A stretch of 64,000 nucleotides of DNA from Chrysemys picta bellii (GCF_011386835.1 NC_088802.1:48546001-48610000); one strand, 5' to 3'. Positions 13,196 to 25,889 are shown, numbered from the stretch's first letter. Program-made: numbers and translations. Notes: generated by a model from the sequence alone, not told the origin.

Positions 13196-14186
13196 CAGGG
13201 CCGCCCAGAGGATTCAGGGGTCTGGGGTCTTCGGAGGCGGGGGTCCTTCTGCTCCGGGTCTTCGGGGCACTTCGGCAGCGGGTCCCGGAGCGAGTGAAGG
13301 ACCCGCAGCCAAATTGCCGCCGAAGACCGGGAGCGGAAGAAGCCCCCGCCGCCGAATTGCTGCCAAAGACCCAGAGCGGAAGAAGCCCCCGCCGCCGAAT
13401 TGCCGCCGAAGACCGGGAGCGGAAGAAGCCCTCGCCGCCGAATTCCCGCCAAAGACCGGGAGCAGAAGAAGCCCCTGCCGCCAAATTCCCGCTAAAGACC
13501 GGGAGCAGAAGAAGCCCCCGCCGCCAAATTCCCGCCGAAGACCGGGAGCGGAAGAAGCCCTTGTCGCCGAATTGCCGCCAAAGACCGGGAGCAGAAGAAG
13601 CCCCCGCCGCCGAATTCCCGCCAAAGAACCAGAGCGGAAGAAGCCCTCGTCGCCGAATTGCCGCCAAAGACCCAGAACAGAAGAAGCCCTCGCCGCCGAA
13701 TTGCCGCCGAAGACCGGGAGCAGAAGAAGCCCTCGCCGCCGAATTCCCGCCAAAGACCGGGAGCGGAAGAAGCCTTCGCCGCCGAATTGCCGCCGAAGAC
13801 CGGGAGCAGAAGAAGCCCTCGCCGCCGAATTCCCGCCAAAGACCGGGAGCGGAAGAAGCCCTCGCCGCCGAATTCCCGCCAAAGACCGGGAGCAGAAGAA
13901 GCCCTCGCCGCCGAATTCCCGCTAAAGACCGGGAGCAGAAGAAGCCCTCGCCGCTGAATTCCCGCCGCAGAACCAGAGCGGAAGAAGCTCCAGGTCTTCA
14001 GCAGTGGGTCCTTCACTCGCTCTGGGTGTGTTCGGTGGCACTGAAGGACCTGGTTGACAAAACCCAAAGGAGGACCCTGAAGGACCTGCTGCCGAAGACC
14101 CGCCGAAAACTCTCATGGGGGCCCCTCAAAACTCTCGTGAGGGCCAGGGGCAAATTGCCCCACTTGCCCCCCCCCGGGCAGCCCAG
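13196..14186. mobile_element. hAT-Tip100-like MITE containing a 43-bp minisatellite
   Basis: Ends CAGGGCCGCCC / GGGCAGCCCAG. Perfect 8-bp TSD CCATTTTT (13188-13195, 14187-14194). Confidence 0.9.
13316..13991 (+). repeat. 43-bp GC/CpG-rich tandem repeat, 15 full units plus a partial unit
   Basis: Unit consensus (g/c)ccgcc(g/a)aagaccgggagc(g/a)gaagaagccc(c/t)cgccgccgaatt. Units start every 43 bp from 13316 to 13961 with no indels, and translated ORFs repeat every 43 aa. Confidence 0.97.
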
Positions 14187-15144
14187 CCATTTTTTGCTGC
14201 TAGTTGGCATGAGGAGATGGTGTAAACCTGCTCACATCCCCCAGCCAGACTGGGCCACCACCCACTGGAGCAAGGAGCACCGGTAGGCTCAGTAGCTAAC
14301 AGCCCACGATGGTGCTCAGAGAGCACCGTGTTCACCAGGGTCTGCCATGAGCGCTCAGGAGGGTGCCCATTAAAGGGCACTTCCTTCCAAGAATTAAACA
14401 AGTGCACCAAGTTGAAAGCCGAAGATCGTTTCACACAATGGGCAGTCGTACAACAAACCACGGGAGAGAGACTCATTACCTCATGGCAGGTAATGGCCAA
14501 GTCAGAGCCGTGCGAGGCTGGAGAGCACCCACGCTGTGTGTGCTGGCAGAAGGACGCAAGATGGAGAACAAACTGGGTTCAGCCCAGTCGACCACTTCCA
14601 GCAGGTGCAACGCCAGCATTCTGAAGATGCTGTTCTTTCCCCTTGGTTAGAGAGGACGCCTCCTTCACTTTCCCTGCCTCTTGGGGCTAGAAGGGAAAGG
14701 ATTTCTTGAACCAAATAAGTCTTGGGCCGAGAGCCAAATTTCCAAGCCTCTTGCTAAAGGGAGGCCCATCATTCCTCTACACTAAATGCACCACTATGTG
14801 CTTGTAAGACTATACCACCTGCTTCTTTCCTGCTATGTATAAGTACACTAGTTCACTCAAGTGCTTTTCTGAGGGTCCAAAAAGGGATGGATGGGCAAAA
14901 TCTTTTACATTTTTATGAGGCGGGGGGAGAGGGAGGGGAGGTACGTGGAATCCTAGAAACTTCTAGGAAAAGCAAGTTATTGAGCCCCAGGGCAATGTCA
15001 TTCTGCCTGCCAGCCACCTCAGCCAGGCAGGCTTTGTGCAACTATGCTTGTTTGCAGCAAACTCTGTCAGCTCACACAGAAGCAAGGCTACACAATTACA
15101 ACCCACTAAAGAAAGATCTACTTCCACATGACGTTTTGAACATT

Positions 15145-15386
15145 CAAAGTTGGCTGTTTTGAAGAGTTTAAAGTAGACCCATTTTTTCAGCTGTCTGATT
15201 TTTCTCGATTTTAACTGAAAATTTTTCCTAACATTTTCTTTAACCATTTCGGGAAAAAAATCTCTCCACAAAAGGCAGGACGGTTTTTGCAACACAAAAA
15301 AATTCAATCATTTTTCACACACAAATATCTGAGTCACATTTTTTGAGAGAAAATTCTTGCAGTTTGAAAAATTCCAACCAGCTCTA
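15145..15386. mobile_element. Degenerate AGAGCTGG-ended non-autonomous DNA element
   Basis: Right end ccaaccagctcta and an A/T-run-rich interior. Resembles 53431-53753 and 59900-60598. Confidence 0.45.
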
Positions 15387-15429
15387 GAGACAGTCTCAGG
15401 ATGATCTAAAGAGAGGGCAGGGCGCCTGA

Positions 15430-15610
15430 CCCTGTGATTAGGAGAGTCAGGAGCTCTGAGTTCTAGTCCCAGCTCTGCACTGATGCCCTGTGTAACCTCA
15501 GGCAAAGCACTTCTCTGCTTCAGTTTCCTCCCTATAAAGTGGCAATAACACTTCACAGGAGGCTCAGGTCATTCAGATTTGTGAAATGTTCCAACACTGC
15601 AATGATGATC
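15430..15610 (+). mobile_element. MIR-like CORE-SINE remnant
   Basis: ctgagttctagtcccagctctgc...gtaacctcaggcaaagcacttctctgcttcagtttcctccctataaagtgg is a CORE-like motif. Confidence 0.65.
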
Positions 15611-18014
15611 CTCATAAAAGTGCAGATCCAGAAAAAGACTTGCTGGAGGAAAGAAGAGGGGAGGAGAGAAACCAGGTTATGAGGTCTCTCTTCCGTAGTC
15701 TCTCCTCCAGCCTGTAGCTTCCTCGAGAAACATTGCTCCTTTAATATGTTTATTTAGCCGTCTCTAAGTTTATCAATGTAGGTTACACAATCATTTGCAT
15801 GCAGGAAAGCCTGCAAGTTTGTGGGCTTTCCTGCACACACAAACAGCAACATTGTGGTTGCAGTTAGAAGGCTGCCTTCAAAGCCTGGCCCTTAGCGTCA
15901 CCTTAGGTTGCTAAATAAACCTGTCTGGGGATTAACCACAGCCCATACAAAAACAGTTACCAGCTTTTGATCACTGTTAATGGAGAGGGGCATTGGTAAG
16001 AAAGCACATTTGATTTTTTTAATCTGATTAATTAAACCTGATATTTAAAAAAAAATAATCTAACCTCTGTAAGCAGATTCTTCCTGGTAAATAAATATGC
16101 AAAGACACAGGGAATGCCAAGTATATTTATATTTGGCAGGGTAAATACTTTCAGACCCCAAGCAACATTTGTGTGTGTGTACAGATTTTCCAACTGTGAA
16201 AAGAAAACAAATAACAGGGTTTTATTTATTGTAATCAGTATTTTGCTTGGTGTTTAGGATAAAGCCAGATTATCTGGAGCAGTTTGCAAATTCATTGTTT
16301 AGGCTTCAGTCTCCAATGGTAAACATCCTACAATATGTATATAATACAAGCAACTATTTTTATACTTCAAAGGCTGGGCTCTAGGTTGAGGAAGGGGTAG
16401 GACACAAACAAGCTCTTTTTTCTCCTTTATACAGTGCAGTAGCTTTATTGTTTCTCTGTAAAGAGAAGAGATCACCACTTCTGCCGTGATCATGAGCTTT
16501 CTGTGGCCTTCACTGAGGCTGTCAGATTTGGTAAATGAGGAAAAAACAAAGGCGGCCATACCACCACACTCCTTTTCTTGCAACAAAATGCCACCAAAAG
16601 CCTCGAACAGTGAAAAGCAGTCTCGGTTGCACTATTTATTCGGCACTTGACATGCTGCAGGACACACGCATTTGAGAGATTTTCATTCCTACATGGCTAT
16701 TTCCTGAAGCCAACAGGTGTCTCACGGCAGCTTCAAAACTTCATTTTGCCAGCCAGATAAAAGGAAGCGGAAGCAGGTTCAGCCAGTCCCAGATACAGTT
16801 TGTTTCTAAGAAATCTGCTTATTGTTATCCTGGGCAGGCCATGCAGCCTCTGTTAATAACCCCGTTGACAGAACGTTGCATCATGACACCAGACAATTTG
16901 CACATAAGGAAATAAATGTCTCCATGTCTGAGAAAGAAAATGCTCACTGTCTATTGCACGCTGTTCCCCATTACAGCTGTGTTCCTGCCCACTTTCACCC
17001 AACATCTGCCTGGCCGTCTGAGAAGACTTGCAGAGGGCACGGTATGTATTTAGAGAACTCCAGAGACATGGGGCAAGTAGCCTGGTTAGATTCCAGACTG
17101 CAGATCACTAGGCTATGGAGAAAGCTTGGAATTTAGTTACATCAGCATACATCTGGAGTCACTCCATTGACTACAGTGGAGCCACTTTGCATTCACATGG
17201 GTGTAACTGAAAGCAGAATTTGGCCCGCAGACTTTGGGGTACTTCCTGGAAACTGACAAGATTAATTTAGCAACTTGAAGATCAGTTGCCAAGATCAAGG
17301 TCCAAAAAAAAATGTGCAGCAATACGGAGATTAAAAACAGATGGATGGGCAACCAAGGTTTTGTAGTTTAATTTAACAGCCTTGGAATTCTTGGGCATAT
17401 CAGCATCTTCATTCCTTGGTATGATTCAGTGTGTGTTATTACTTCTGGGCACCTTCACGGGAAGCAAAGCCAGAGACATCCCTCTAATGATACAACATAA
17501 GAGAATATACACATTTATGAGAGGCTTAAGAAGAAAAGGTTAAGAATATTGACGCTAGCCCAGCTAACGCACTATATAATGAGGACATCTATACACAGCA
17601 CATTAATATCCACAGAAGGAAGCTGGAATTTAAAATATGAAGAGCGAAAACAGTTTGGGGAGGGGTTTTAGTAGCTGAGCAAGTTGAATGCGATTGACCG
17701 TGCTCTGGATGGCTAGGAGCCTGTTCCATTAAGGTAGACTGAGGGATTTGAATGAGATTCACTGTAAGAGCGCTAGGGATCCATTCTAATCCAGCGGGGT
17801 CTACCCACTTCATCCTCCCTCTCTTTATCCATCACACCAAATGCCCAGCAGTGACCCCAATTCTGTGATTGGCTGTAGTCTCCTTATGTCAGCTCAGCTG
17901 TTAGGAAAGGGTCACAAAGCCAACTTAACCAGCCCTGTGGAATACCCCCATCCAGGGCCATTCTTGGGAGGTGTACACTGCCTCCAGCCCCAGGTCGCCA
18001 TTAGCAGAGGGGAG

Positions 18015-18144
18015 TAGGGTGACCAGATGTCCCAATTTCATAGGGACAGTCCCGATTTTTGGGTCTTTTTCTTATATAGGCTCCTATTACCCCCCACCCC
18101 CACCCCCTGTCCTGATTTTTCACACTTGCTGTCTGGTCACCCTA
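18015..18144 (+). mobile_element. hAT (Blackjack-like) MITE
   Basis: TIR TAGGGTGACCAGA / TCTGGTCACCCTA. TSD gaggggag/gaggggcg (7/8). Colinear with 10287-10410. Confidence 0.9.
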
Positions 18145-18790
18145 GAGGGGCGTGTCCAGAGATGGAAGCAGTCAAGGTCAGAGCACACTGGACTCTGGCT
18201 GTTCTAGACCAGCAGGCCTTGGTGAGACCCAGAATCTCAGAAGCACAGCCGTGTTGCACAGTTCCCTTTGCCCCCACCCCCAGCACAGCTCAGAATGTGG
18301 CCCAGTAATCCTGGGGCTACTCCACTTGCAGTATCCCTTCAGAACTTAAAACTCAGCTTTATAGTAAGGTTGAACCAGCCCAGACTATGGGGGCGGAGAC
18401 TTGTGGAAATCTAAACCCTGAGCTGGATTTCACAGATTTCCCTGCCCTAAAGGGGATGGACCAAAACCCTGGATCCAAACACCCCAGAACTTTAGAGTGT
18501 TTAAAACCTGGACCCAGAGCCAAGATTCACTCTCATTCACTGGACTCCTCCCACTCTGGCTGCACCTCAAATGAGGCTTTCCTGGAATTCTCCTACCGTC
18601 ACTTGGACACTGATACAGCTATGCAGGGAACGCTAACCCTCAACACTTCCCCTGTGTCAAGGCACATCCTATAGATATTTGCAAGCACTCCAAGAAGGCA
18701 CATTGAGCCAGCGCAGTCTGGCAGTAAGGTGCCCAACCTCTTAAAAGCCTCTGGTTGTGGTTAAAACTCCCCCATTTTAAACATGAACCT

Positions 18791-18897
18791 GTCCTTGTTT
18801 ACACGAGGGGGTGTGTCATGTTTAACATCATGTTAATTAAAATGTTTTAGAAAACCCATTTTCTAGTAGGATATGTTTTGTTAGTGGAGACATGGCC
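18791..18897. mobile_element. Small GTCTACAC-type (Harbinger-like) MITE remnant
   Basis: Ends gtccttgtttacacga / tagtggagacatggcc resemble the GGCTATGTCTACACT terminal family. Confidence 0.45.
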
Positions 18898-19538
18898 TAG
18901 AGGTTTAAGTTACGTGCCAGCAATGGACAATCATTCTAGCTGGTTCAACAACACTTAGCTCCTACTCTGCTAAGCTCTTTGGGAGTCACAGGTGCACGAG
19001 CCATTTGTGCAAAACAACTGCATGTGTCTGTTGTACTTGAAAACTGCAGTTCCTTCTTCCTCCAAAAAGCTGCGTTGGTAGAGATATATTAGTCAGGGCT
19101 GTGATTTATAACCGAGAATACACAGAAAATGCATTAACTGGATATACACCTGATCCAAAACCCATTATTGAAATCAATGGAAAGAATATTTGCATCTGTT
19201 TTTGGTAAATGAACTTGATTTACACATTACAAGGTCACTTTCATGGAGTTTTAAAATTTCCTATTCAGTACTAGTTCAGGAGTTTGACACTCAGAGACAG
19301 AAATCAAAGAGCAGAAGCTAAGTTAGTAATGCACAGATTTCTACCCTAGCTGGAATCTTCGTACCAAAATAGCCCACTGATCCATCTGTCTGGTCTCCTG
19401 CTTCTGAAAATGACATGATCCAAAGTATTTGACTTTGGCTTCAATGGGCTTTGAATCAGGCCTGTCATGGATCTCTTACCTGGTCCCATGGACAGTGCCT
19501 CAGTTTCCCTTTCCGGTAAATGTGATTTAGCACCACAG

Positions 19539-19604
19539 CCATTCCAGGTCAATGGAGGTCCATTCCAGGTCAATGGAGGTCCATTCCAGGTCAATGGAGG
19601 TCCA
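19539..19604 (+). repeat. 21-bp tandem repeat, 3 copies (CCATTCCAGGTCAATGGAGGT)
   Basis: Three exact copies read directly. Contains AGGTCA and AGGTCC half-sites. Confidence 0.97.
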
Positions 19605-21475
19605 GAATGAAACAGCCAGAAGTTAACTTCCTCATCAGGTTCCTTCTCTCAGGTGTTTCTCCTAAGGCCCAACTCATCCCAGTTTACAGAGATCAAACAT
19701 ACACAACTGGAGGATCCAAGCTAGATAGTATGTGACTGGATCCTGGGTTACCTTGTCCCAAGCCCTTGACCAGGTCATAACATGTTCTCACCCAACTGCT
19801 GTGGGAAATGGATGAAGGGAAGGAAAGTTTCCTCCTCTTTCTGCTAGAGGTCCTGACCCTGGGCCCCAAAAGGAAGCAAAGGTCACTTTCTTCCCCCAGA
19901 AAAAAACCTCTCCAAACAGAGCTCCCCCAAACACCAAAATAGCTCTGATTTGTTAAGGTAAGCTGAAAGATTAATCTGTGTGTGAGGAGAATGGGGTTGA
20001 TGGGGCTTGGAGCTTGGATCTGTCTTAGGGTGAGGGAAACTGTGTAAAATAAAAACTCCCTGTTTGGGTTTCTCCTTCTTCAATCTCTCAGCAATTCCAC
20101 ACTCTCTAATACTCCCTTAGCTACCTCCCTGGCTCTCACAAACCCATCCCGAGGAGCCCAACCAGCAGCTGCTTCCTCTCCAACATGCGAGAAGGGCAAG
20201 AAGTAGGTCTTATTATAGCATCCTGAATGCGTCAGAGTAAGACACCCAAAATACATAATGCACCTGAAAATACCACCCCATCCCATTCAGAACATAATGG
20301 TCCTGATTCTCCAGGCCATTACAACAGCCGTACACCAGTATTTACCATTAACTCCACTGACTTCAACGGATGACACCTTCTCCCTGCCCCTTAGAACGAA
20401 GGGCCTGATTTTCAAAGCAGCCTATGTTTTTTGTGTGCATCATTTTACCCATAATTCCCCCCTCCCAGTGCATTCATGCTTTTTCCTTTTTCCAGCTGGA
20501 AATCTGTAGGCACAGTTCATTGCAGGTACAGAACGGCATCTGCCAAAACAGAGGCCTGCTTTGAACAATCAAGCTCAAAATGCATTTGGACAGATAAGCA
20601 TAGGAGCCAAACCTCAACCTAAAGCTTCCATATGGCAAATACGGGATCAAATGACCTTCCAGAAAAAGACTTCTCCAAAATAACTTGGCTCGTCATATTT
20701 TCGTTCAGGTTAAATTAAAAGAATTGTAAATCACACGACCTGGGAGCTTTCTTCTGTAAAACACTCTTAAGTATCACATTAAGCTTTGAGATCTTTATGT
20801 CGGATTCAATCCTAAAAAATGCTTTGAGAAAGAGACCCAGTTGCCTTTTCTTGAGGGGTGACCCTGGATAGATTGCAAAATTGGGATAAAGTAAAATAAC
20901 TTTTTGTGGGATTGGGGGGTTGGAGTTTCTTCGCTGCGGGTAACCAGCTAAAAGACTAGGAGGATGGAGGGAAGAAGTGTGCTTTGGAATCAAGTGGAAA
21001 AGGCAGATCTCTTTCCAGCAGCATTAATCCCTTGCTGTACATGAATTAGAAGCTGATGCTAAGTTGTTTCTCTCACACACAAACCAGATTTATCTAATGA
21101 TCCATTCATAATGACTTCCAAGTTACAGCTACCTGAGTACCCTAGAGGCTTAACGGCACAAAAAAAAGGTACCCAGCCTTGAAGGTTTATCACATACAAA
21201 GACTTAGACCACGTGGGCTGTGAATGGACGCTGATGGGACCAGACATCAGCTGTCAGGCTTCTTGTTGAATCCTGACAAACAAGGGAGGTAATGGAGATT
21301 AAAATCCTCTCCGCTCAGTCCCGCTGTCCAAGGCTTTCAATCACTGCCCTTCAGCTGCAGCAGCAAACCAGCTTTTGGGGATCAGAATAGAACGCTCACT
21401 TCACGCATGATTTATTTCTCCTCGGAAGCCCATTTATTGGCATTTGCCTAAGAAAACCCTGCTAACAGCTGCCTC

Positions 21476-21767
21476 CATAGGCGCTGAGTCCGTGGATCCT
21501 CTGAGGCTCGAGCACCCATGGAAAAAAAAGAGTGGGTCCTTAGCACCCACCGGCAGCCCCGCCAATCAGCTCCTTCCCCTCCCCCACCAGCGCTGACCGC
21601 CCACCGTGCAGGAGGAGCTGGGGGTAGAGGGAGGAATGGGGGCAGGAAGAGGCGGAGGGAGGGGACAGAACGAGGCGGTAAGAGGCGGAGTGGGAGCAGG
21701 AAGAGGCGGGGCAGGGGTGGAGCGGGGGTCCAGCACTCCCGGGGAAATCACAAAGTCGACACCTCTG
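21476..21767. mobile_element. hAT-type MITE with CATAGGCGCCGACT-like ends and a purine-rich interior
   Basis: Ends cataggcgctgagt / agtcgacacctctg. An 8-bp direct repeat ctgcctcc overlaps both junctions. Confidence 0.7.
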
Positions 21768-22339
21768 CCTCCCCTTCCCCTTGACTGGCTTTGGGCTGTC
21801 TCACACTATTACCTCATCTCCCAAGCGCACTGACTAAGGGTGAGAACCTTCAACAGAGCACACAGCCGGGAAGAGAAGCAGTGTCCCCAGCCTACAATAA
21901 CTGGGATGCATCCACAGCGCAGATGCTATTGCAGGGAATTCTCCCCTCTCCCCACAGGTTTGAGAGACCCGTGGATCAACACAGGCACTGGCCCACTGCC
22001 ACAGAGAGTGGCCATAGAGCTTGGCTCCCTTGGGTGCGGTGTAATATCGAAAAGCTCTTGTGTGCTTGCCACAGCATGTCGACCCCTCCCCCATGCAGCA
22101 CTGCCATGGCTGGCTTGGGGTAGTGGAGGGAGGCGGGACTGAGCTGTGACTGGGGATGTTCATGTCATTCCATGTTTCATTCTTGGACCTTGCAATAACG
22201 AGAAAACTGCAGCAGGGGAGGCAGAGTCTGAAGGCTCCAAGGCTATAACATTTCCCACAAAACTCCCGATTCACAAAACTCCCACTGGGGGAGACTCTTA
22301 TCGGAGGAGAGAGGAAGTTTTTTGTACAGCGGCTAGAGC

Positions 22340-22555
22340 AGGGCAATGGGAGGACTCCTGGGTTCTGATCCTGATGCTCCCGCTAATCCAGGGAGAGGCC
22401 CGGAGCTTGTCATTTAACTTCTTTGGGTCTCATTTTCCATATCTGTAAAGTATTAAGATTCCCATCTTGCAGCAGAATTGCACCAAGGAATATTCCTAAG
22501 TGTTTTGAGATCCTTGGTTGAGAAGTGGCATAGACGGGCAAAGGCTAACTACTGA
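22340..22555 (+). mobile_element. Old MIR-like CORE-SINE remnant
   Basis: ctcctgggttctgatcc...gtcatttaacttctttgggtctcattttccatatctgtaaag, with tail aagtgttttgagatccttgg. Confidence 0.55.
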
Positions 22556-22955
22556 CATAGGGAGAAATCTGCTCATCGGTCCTTGTTGCTGATGGGTTCA
22601 GAATGAGTTAAACTCTGCCACATGCATTCATTTCCAGAGCCCTTTCTAAATTTGCTCCTTCTTATTGGTGCCAATAAATCCTTACATTCCATCCATGCTT
22701 CTCTAAAAGATACAGACATAAATTCTCATTTCTACTTGGCCAGATTCGTGACTGAAACAAAAGGACAAGGGGGTTGGGGAGAAACAACAGTGCAACTGCA
22801 CATTTAGCCTATAGTACAATCTTCTCTTGAAACGCTTCAACCGCTTTCACATTTAAGAAGAGCCAAGAGCTCTACGGGCAGCAGTTTTAATGGCACACTT
22901 ATTCAGAAGAATGCAACTTCAGCATCCAGCCAGGATCACAGCTGCAAATAACAAT

Positions 22956-23478
22956 AACATAAGAACATAAGAACGGCCGTACTGGGTCAGACCAAAGGTC
23001 CATCTAGCCCAGTATCCTGTCTGCCGACAGTGACCAATGCCATGTGCCCCAGAGGGAGTGAACCTAACAGGTAATGATCAAGTGATCTCTCTCCTGCCAT
23101 CCATCTCCACCCTTTGACAAACAGAGGCTAGGGACACCATTCCTTACCCATCCTGGCTAATAGCCATTAATGGACTTAACCTCCATGAATTTATCCAGTT
23201 CTCTTTTAAACCCTGTTATAGTCCTAGCCTTCACAACCTCCTCAGGCAAGGAGTTCCACAAGTTGACTGTGCACTGTGTGAAGAAGAACTTCCTTTTATT
23301 TGTTTTAAACCTGCTGCCCATTAATTTCATTTGGTGGCCCTAGTTCTTGTATTATGGGAATAAGTAAATAACTTTTCCTTATCTACTTTCTCCACATCAC
23401 TCATGATTTTATATACCTCTATCATATCCCCCCTTAGTCTCCTCTTTTCCAAGCTGAAAAGTCCTAGCCTCTTTAATC
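22956..23478 (-). mobile_element. CR1 LINE 3' fragment
   Basis: Reverse-complement CR1 tail aacataagaacataagaacgg, then the 3' UTR and ORF2 end (the reverse strand reads toward LFSLEKRRLRGDMI...). Confidence 0.92.
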
Positions 23479-23519
23479 AATGATTGTACATTTCCTGGAT
23501 GTAGCTAGGAACGATAATG

Positions 23520-23740
23520 AAAATAATACTTTACACTTCAATAGCACATAGGATCTCAAAGCACTTTACAAACATTAACAATTTATTGCTAACCACGTCC
23601 CGGTGAAGAAGGCAAGTATCATTTGCCTCACTTTGCAGATGGGGAAAGTGAGGCAAGAAAAGATTAAGTGACTTGTTTAAGGGAACAGGACATGCTTGAG
23701 GCAAAGTCAGGACTAGAATAGAGTCTCCTGGTTCCAATTC
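23520..23740 (-). mobile_element. MIR-like CORE-SINE
   Basis: ggatctcaaagcactttacaaac...cactttgcagatggggaaagtgaggcaagaaaagattaagtgacttg is a reverse CORE motif. Confidence 0.75.
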
Positions 23741-24627
23741 TTAGCCCTCAAACACAAAACCATCACATCAGGGCTAGTATATTTTGCCACCGTTTCCTCC
23801 TTTGCCATAATCATTGCCATGAATTTCTCAGGCTTTGCTTTACAGAGTTCACCTTCCTGTATAATTTGGGATTGTTGTGCCATTCCTATGACCCACAGCT
23901 CTCTTCTGCTTATATATTCTGAACGGCCCCTTATATATAGTGAATCCCCAGTACGGGTAGCAATCACGCAGTCCATATTGCATCATCTCAGCCCATGCAA
24001 ACACCAGAAACAAAGGAAATCCAATATATTCTCATCATTCAGACATTGTCTGTTGGTAGGAACAGCTAGAATTTTTTAAAATATTTTCCACATAGTAGAG
24101 CAAGATATATTTCATTAATGAGCTGTGGCATGTAACCCACCTTCCCTTCCTGGAACTGTATAGGTTATTAGCAGTAGCTTTACCCATGCAGGTGATAATT
24201 CTTTAGGAGGAATTTGTGGTATCCCTCTCATTAACGGGATTCTGCTCTGCTGTTGTGGTCATTTTGGTTTGGGGTTTTTTGGGGGGTTTCCCCAAATAAC
24301 ACACATACTTTTCAGCCACCTGTCTGAAAGGTATAAGTGATACTCCAAGCTGGTCTGCTGACAGGTTCTCTCTCCTGATGGAGTTCTCCCTGTAGACTGT
24401 GTGATTGCAGAGTTCAGGAGGCCAAGAATCACTCTTCCACTCCCCACTAAATATGCCTCTGAGTGCTATAATTAATCCCAGTGAAATGGAACACAGCAAC
24501 CCAACTGGTTCCTCTGGTGTGATGCAAAGTGCAAGTAGGGCCATTTAATATATGACTTTAGAGGTGCAGTTCAACTCTTTTAATGCAGAAATCCAGTGGG
24601 TGTCTTGTTCAAGAACATAATAGAGAC

Positions 24628-24900
24628 TGTGACAGGGTTAGTGGGACCGGAAAGGATCCTGCAGACCTATGGAGAATTTAAACCACCCTGTGGCATGCTT
24701 AATTATAAATCAGAAACATAAATGTAAAGACAGTCCTGTCTCTTTAAAGGGCCAAACACAAATGCACCAGGGCTTCCCCAGTCAAAGTACAAGCTGAAGA
24801 TGAACAGTATGGCTTTCTTCAGCCCCATCCAAAGCAACAGGCTAACGTGTGGATGACTCCAGCCACGTTCAGAAGGGGGAGGGAGATATCACCTTTAGCA
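24628..24900. mobile_element. Possible LTR fragment
   Basis: Starts TGTGACAGGGTTAG, like reptile LTR termini. No matching 3' end or TSD was found. Confidence 0.3.
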
Positions 24901-25889
24901 AAGGTGATGATAAATATAGTTAATATTACATAGTAATATTTATATATTTCTTAGTAAATAATTATATCCATATAAAATGCTGATTATTAAATCGTATTAA
25001 TATTGTATATAATATACATAATAAATATCTTTGTAAAATGCTATGAGCTTCCTGGGTCAAAGGCATTACCCAAGCATAGGCCCAACCACTACGGGGTGCA
25101 GGGGAACAGGTTCCCCACAACAATTGTCTCATCTATTTTACAACTGGTCTGTCCCAAAAGTTGCGAGTGTGGTCGCAGCTTCACAGAGCAGCACTGGTAA
25201 TGTTAAAAATTGTTGTGCGGCCCTTGCCATTTGCAAGATGCAGCCGTTGCTCTTGTCACGAGTAACTTTTAAAATTGGACATGACTGAAAGTTAGAGGAC
25301 AGAGAAGCACCGAGAATGGGATCTACCTAATTTCAGGAAAACTGACCATCCAAACTCCTTACGTAGCTCACCTCCCTCTCTGCATCCAGCCAGTGGATAT
25401 GGGAGGGCAGAGTCAAGTTTCTGCCTGTCCAACCTGTTCACAGTGGGAGTACATGGTGGGGATAACTTGCCTTCAACAAGAGACATGGACCCAAAATCCA
25501 GGGTTAAGCAAAGGGTGTTATGGGGCATTACTCCCTAACCAAGGATGAGTAATATTATGGAGATGAAATTGTGATAATTTATAGACTGGTTTGTATTTCA
25601 AGGGAGCAGGATAGAAAGCTGAGGTTTTAGGTACATTTTACTGCTACATTTTAGGTAAGGACTTAGTCATCATTATAAATATAGTGTGATTTGAATGTCA
25701 TAGCTAAGGACATATTACAAGAAGCATAACTTTGAACTTAGCTGTATTAATTACTTTTCCAACAGGATGTGAGACCAGACAGTATATGATAGCGAGCAGA
25801 CAAACAGTCAAGATAATGCATTACCTAAAGACAAGGGATTGGGTTTAATTGGTGTAGCAGTCAAAGCTGGAGTTGTGCTGAAGTAGTAT

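Noticed and set aside
13316-13991. CRISPR-like array
   Set aside because: The units are contiguous with no unique spacers, no cas genes are present, and the context is vertebrate.
13042-14286. 414-aa ORF (and overlapping 190-258-aa ORFs) as a real protein-coding gene
   Set aside because: It is explained by a stop-poor 43-bp minisatellite inside a TSD-flanked MITE. It is open in several frames on both strands, and the peptide has no recognisable domain.
16553-16566. 5S rRNA 5' end (cggccataccacc)
   Set aside because: Only a 13-nt match with no continuation into the 5S body.
24905-25040. Functional AT-rich element
   Set aside because: It looks like decayed (TA)-rich low-complexity sequence with no structure beyond composition.
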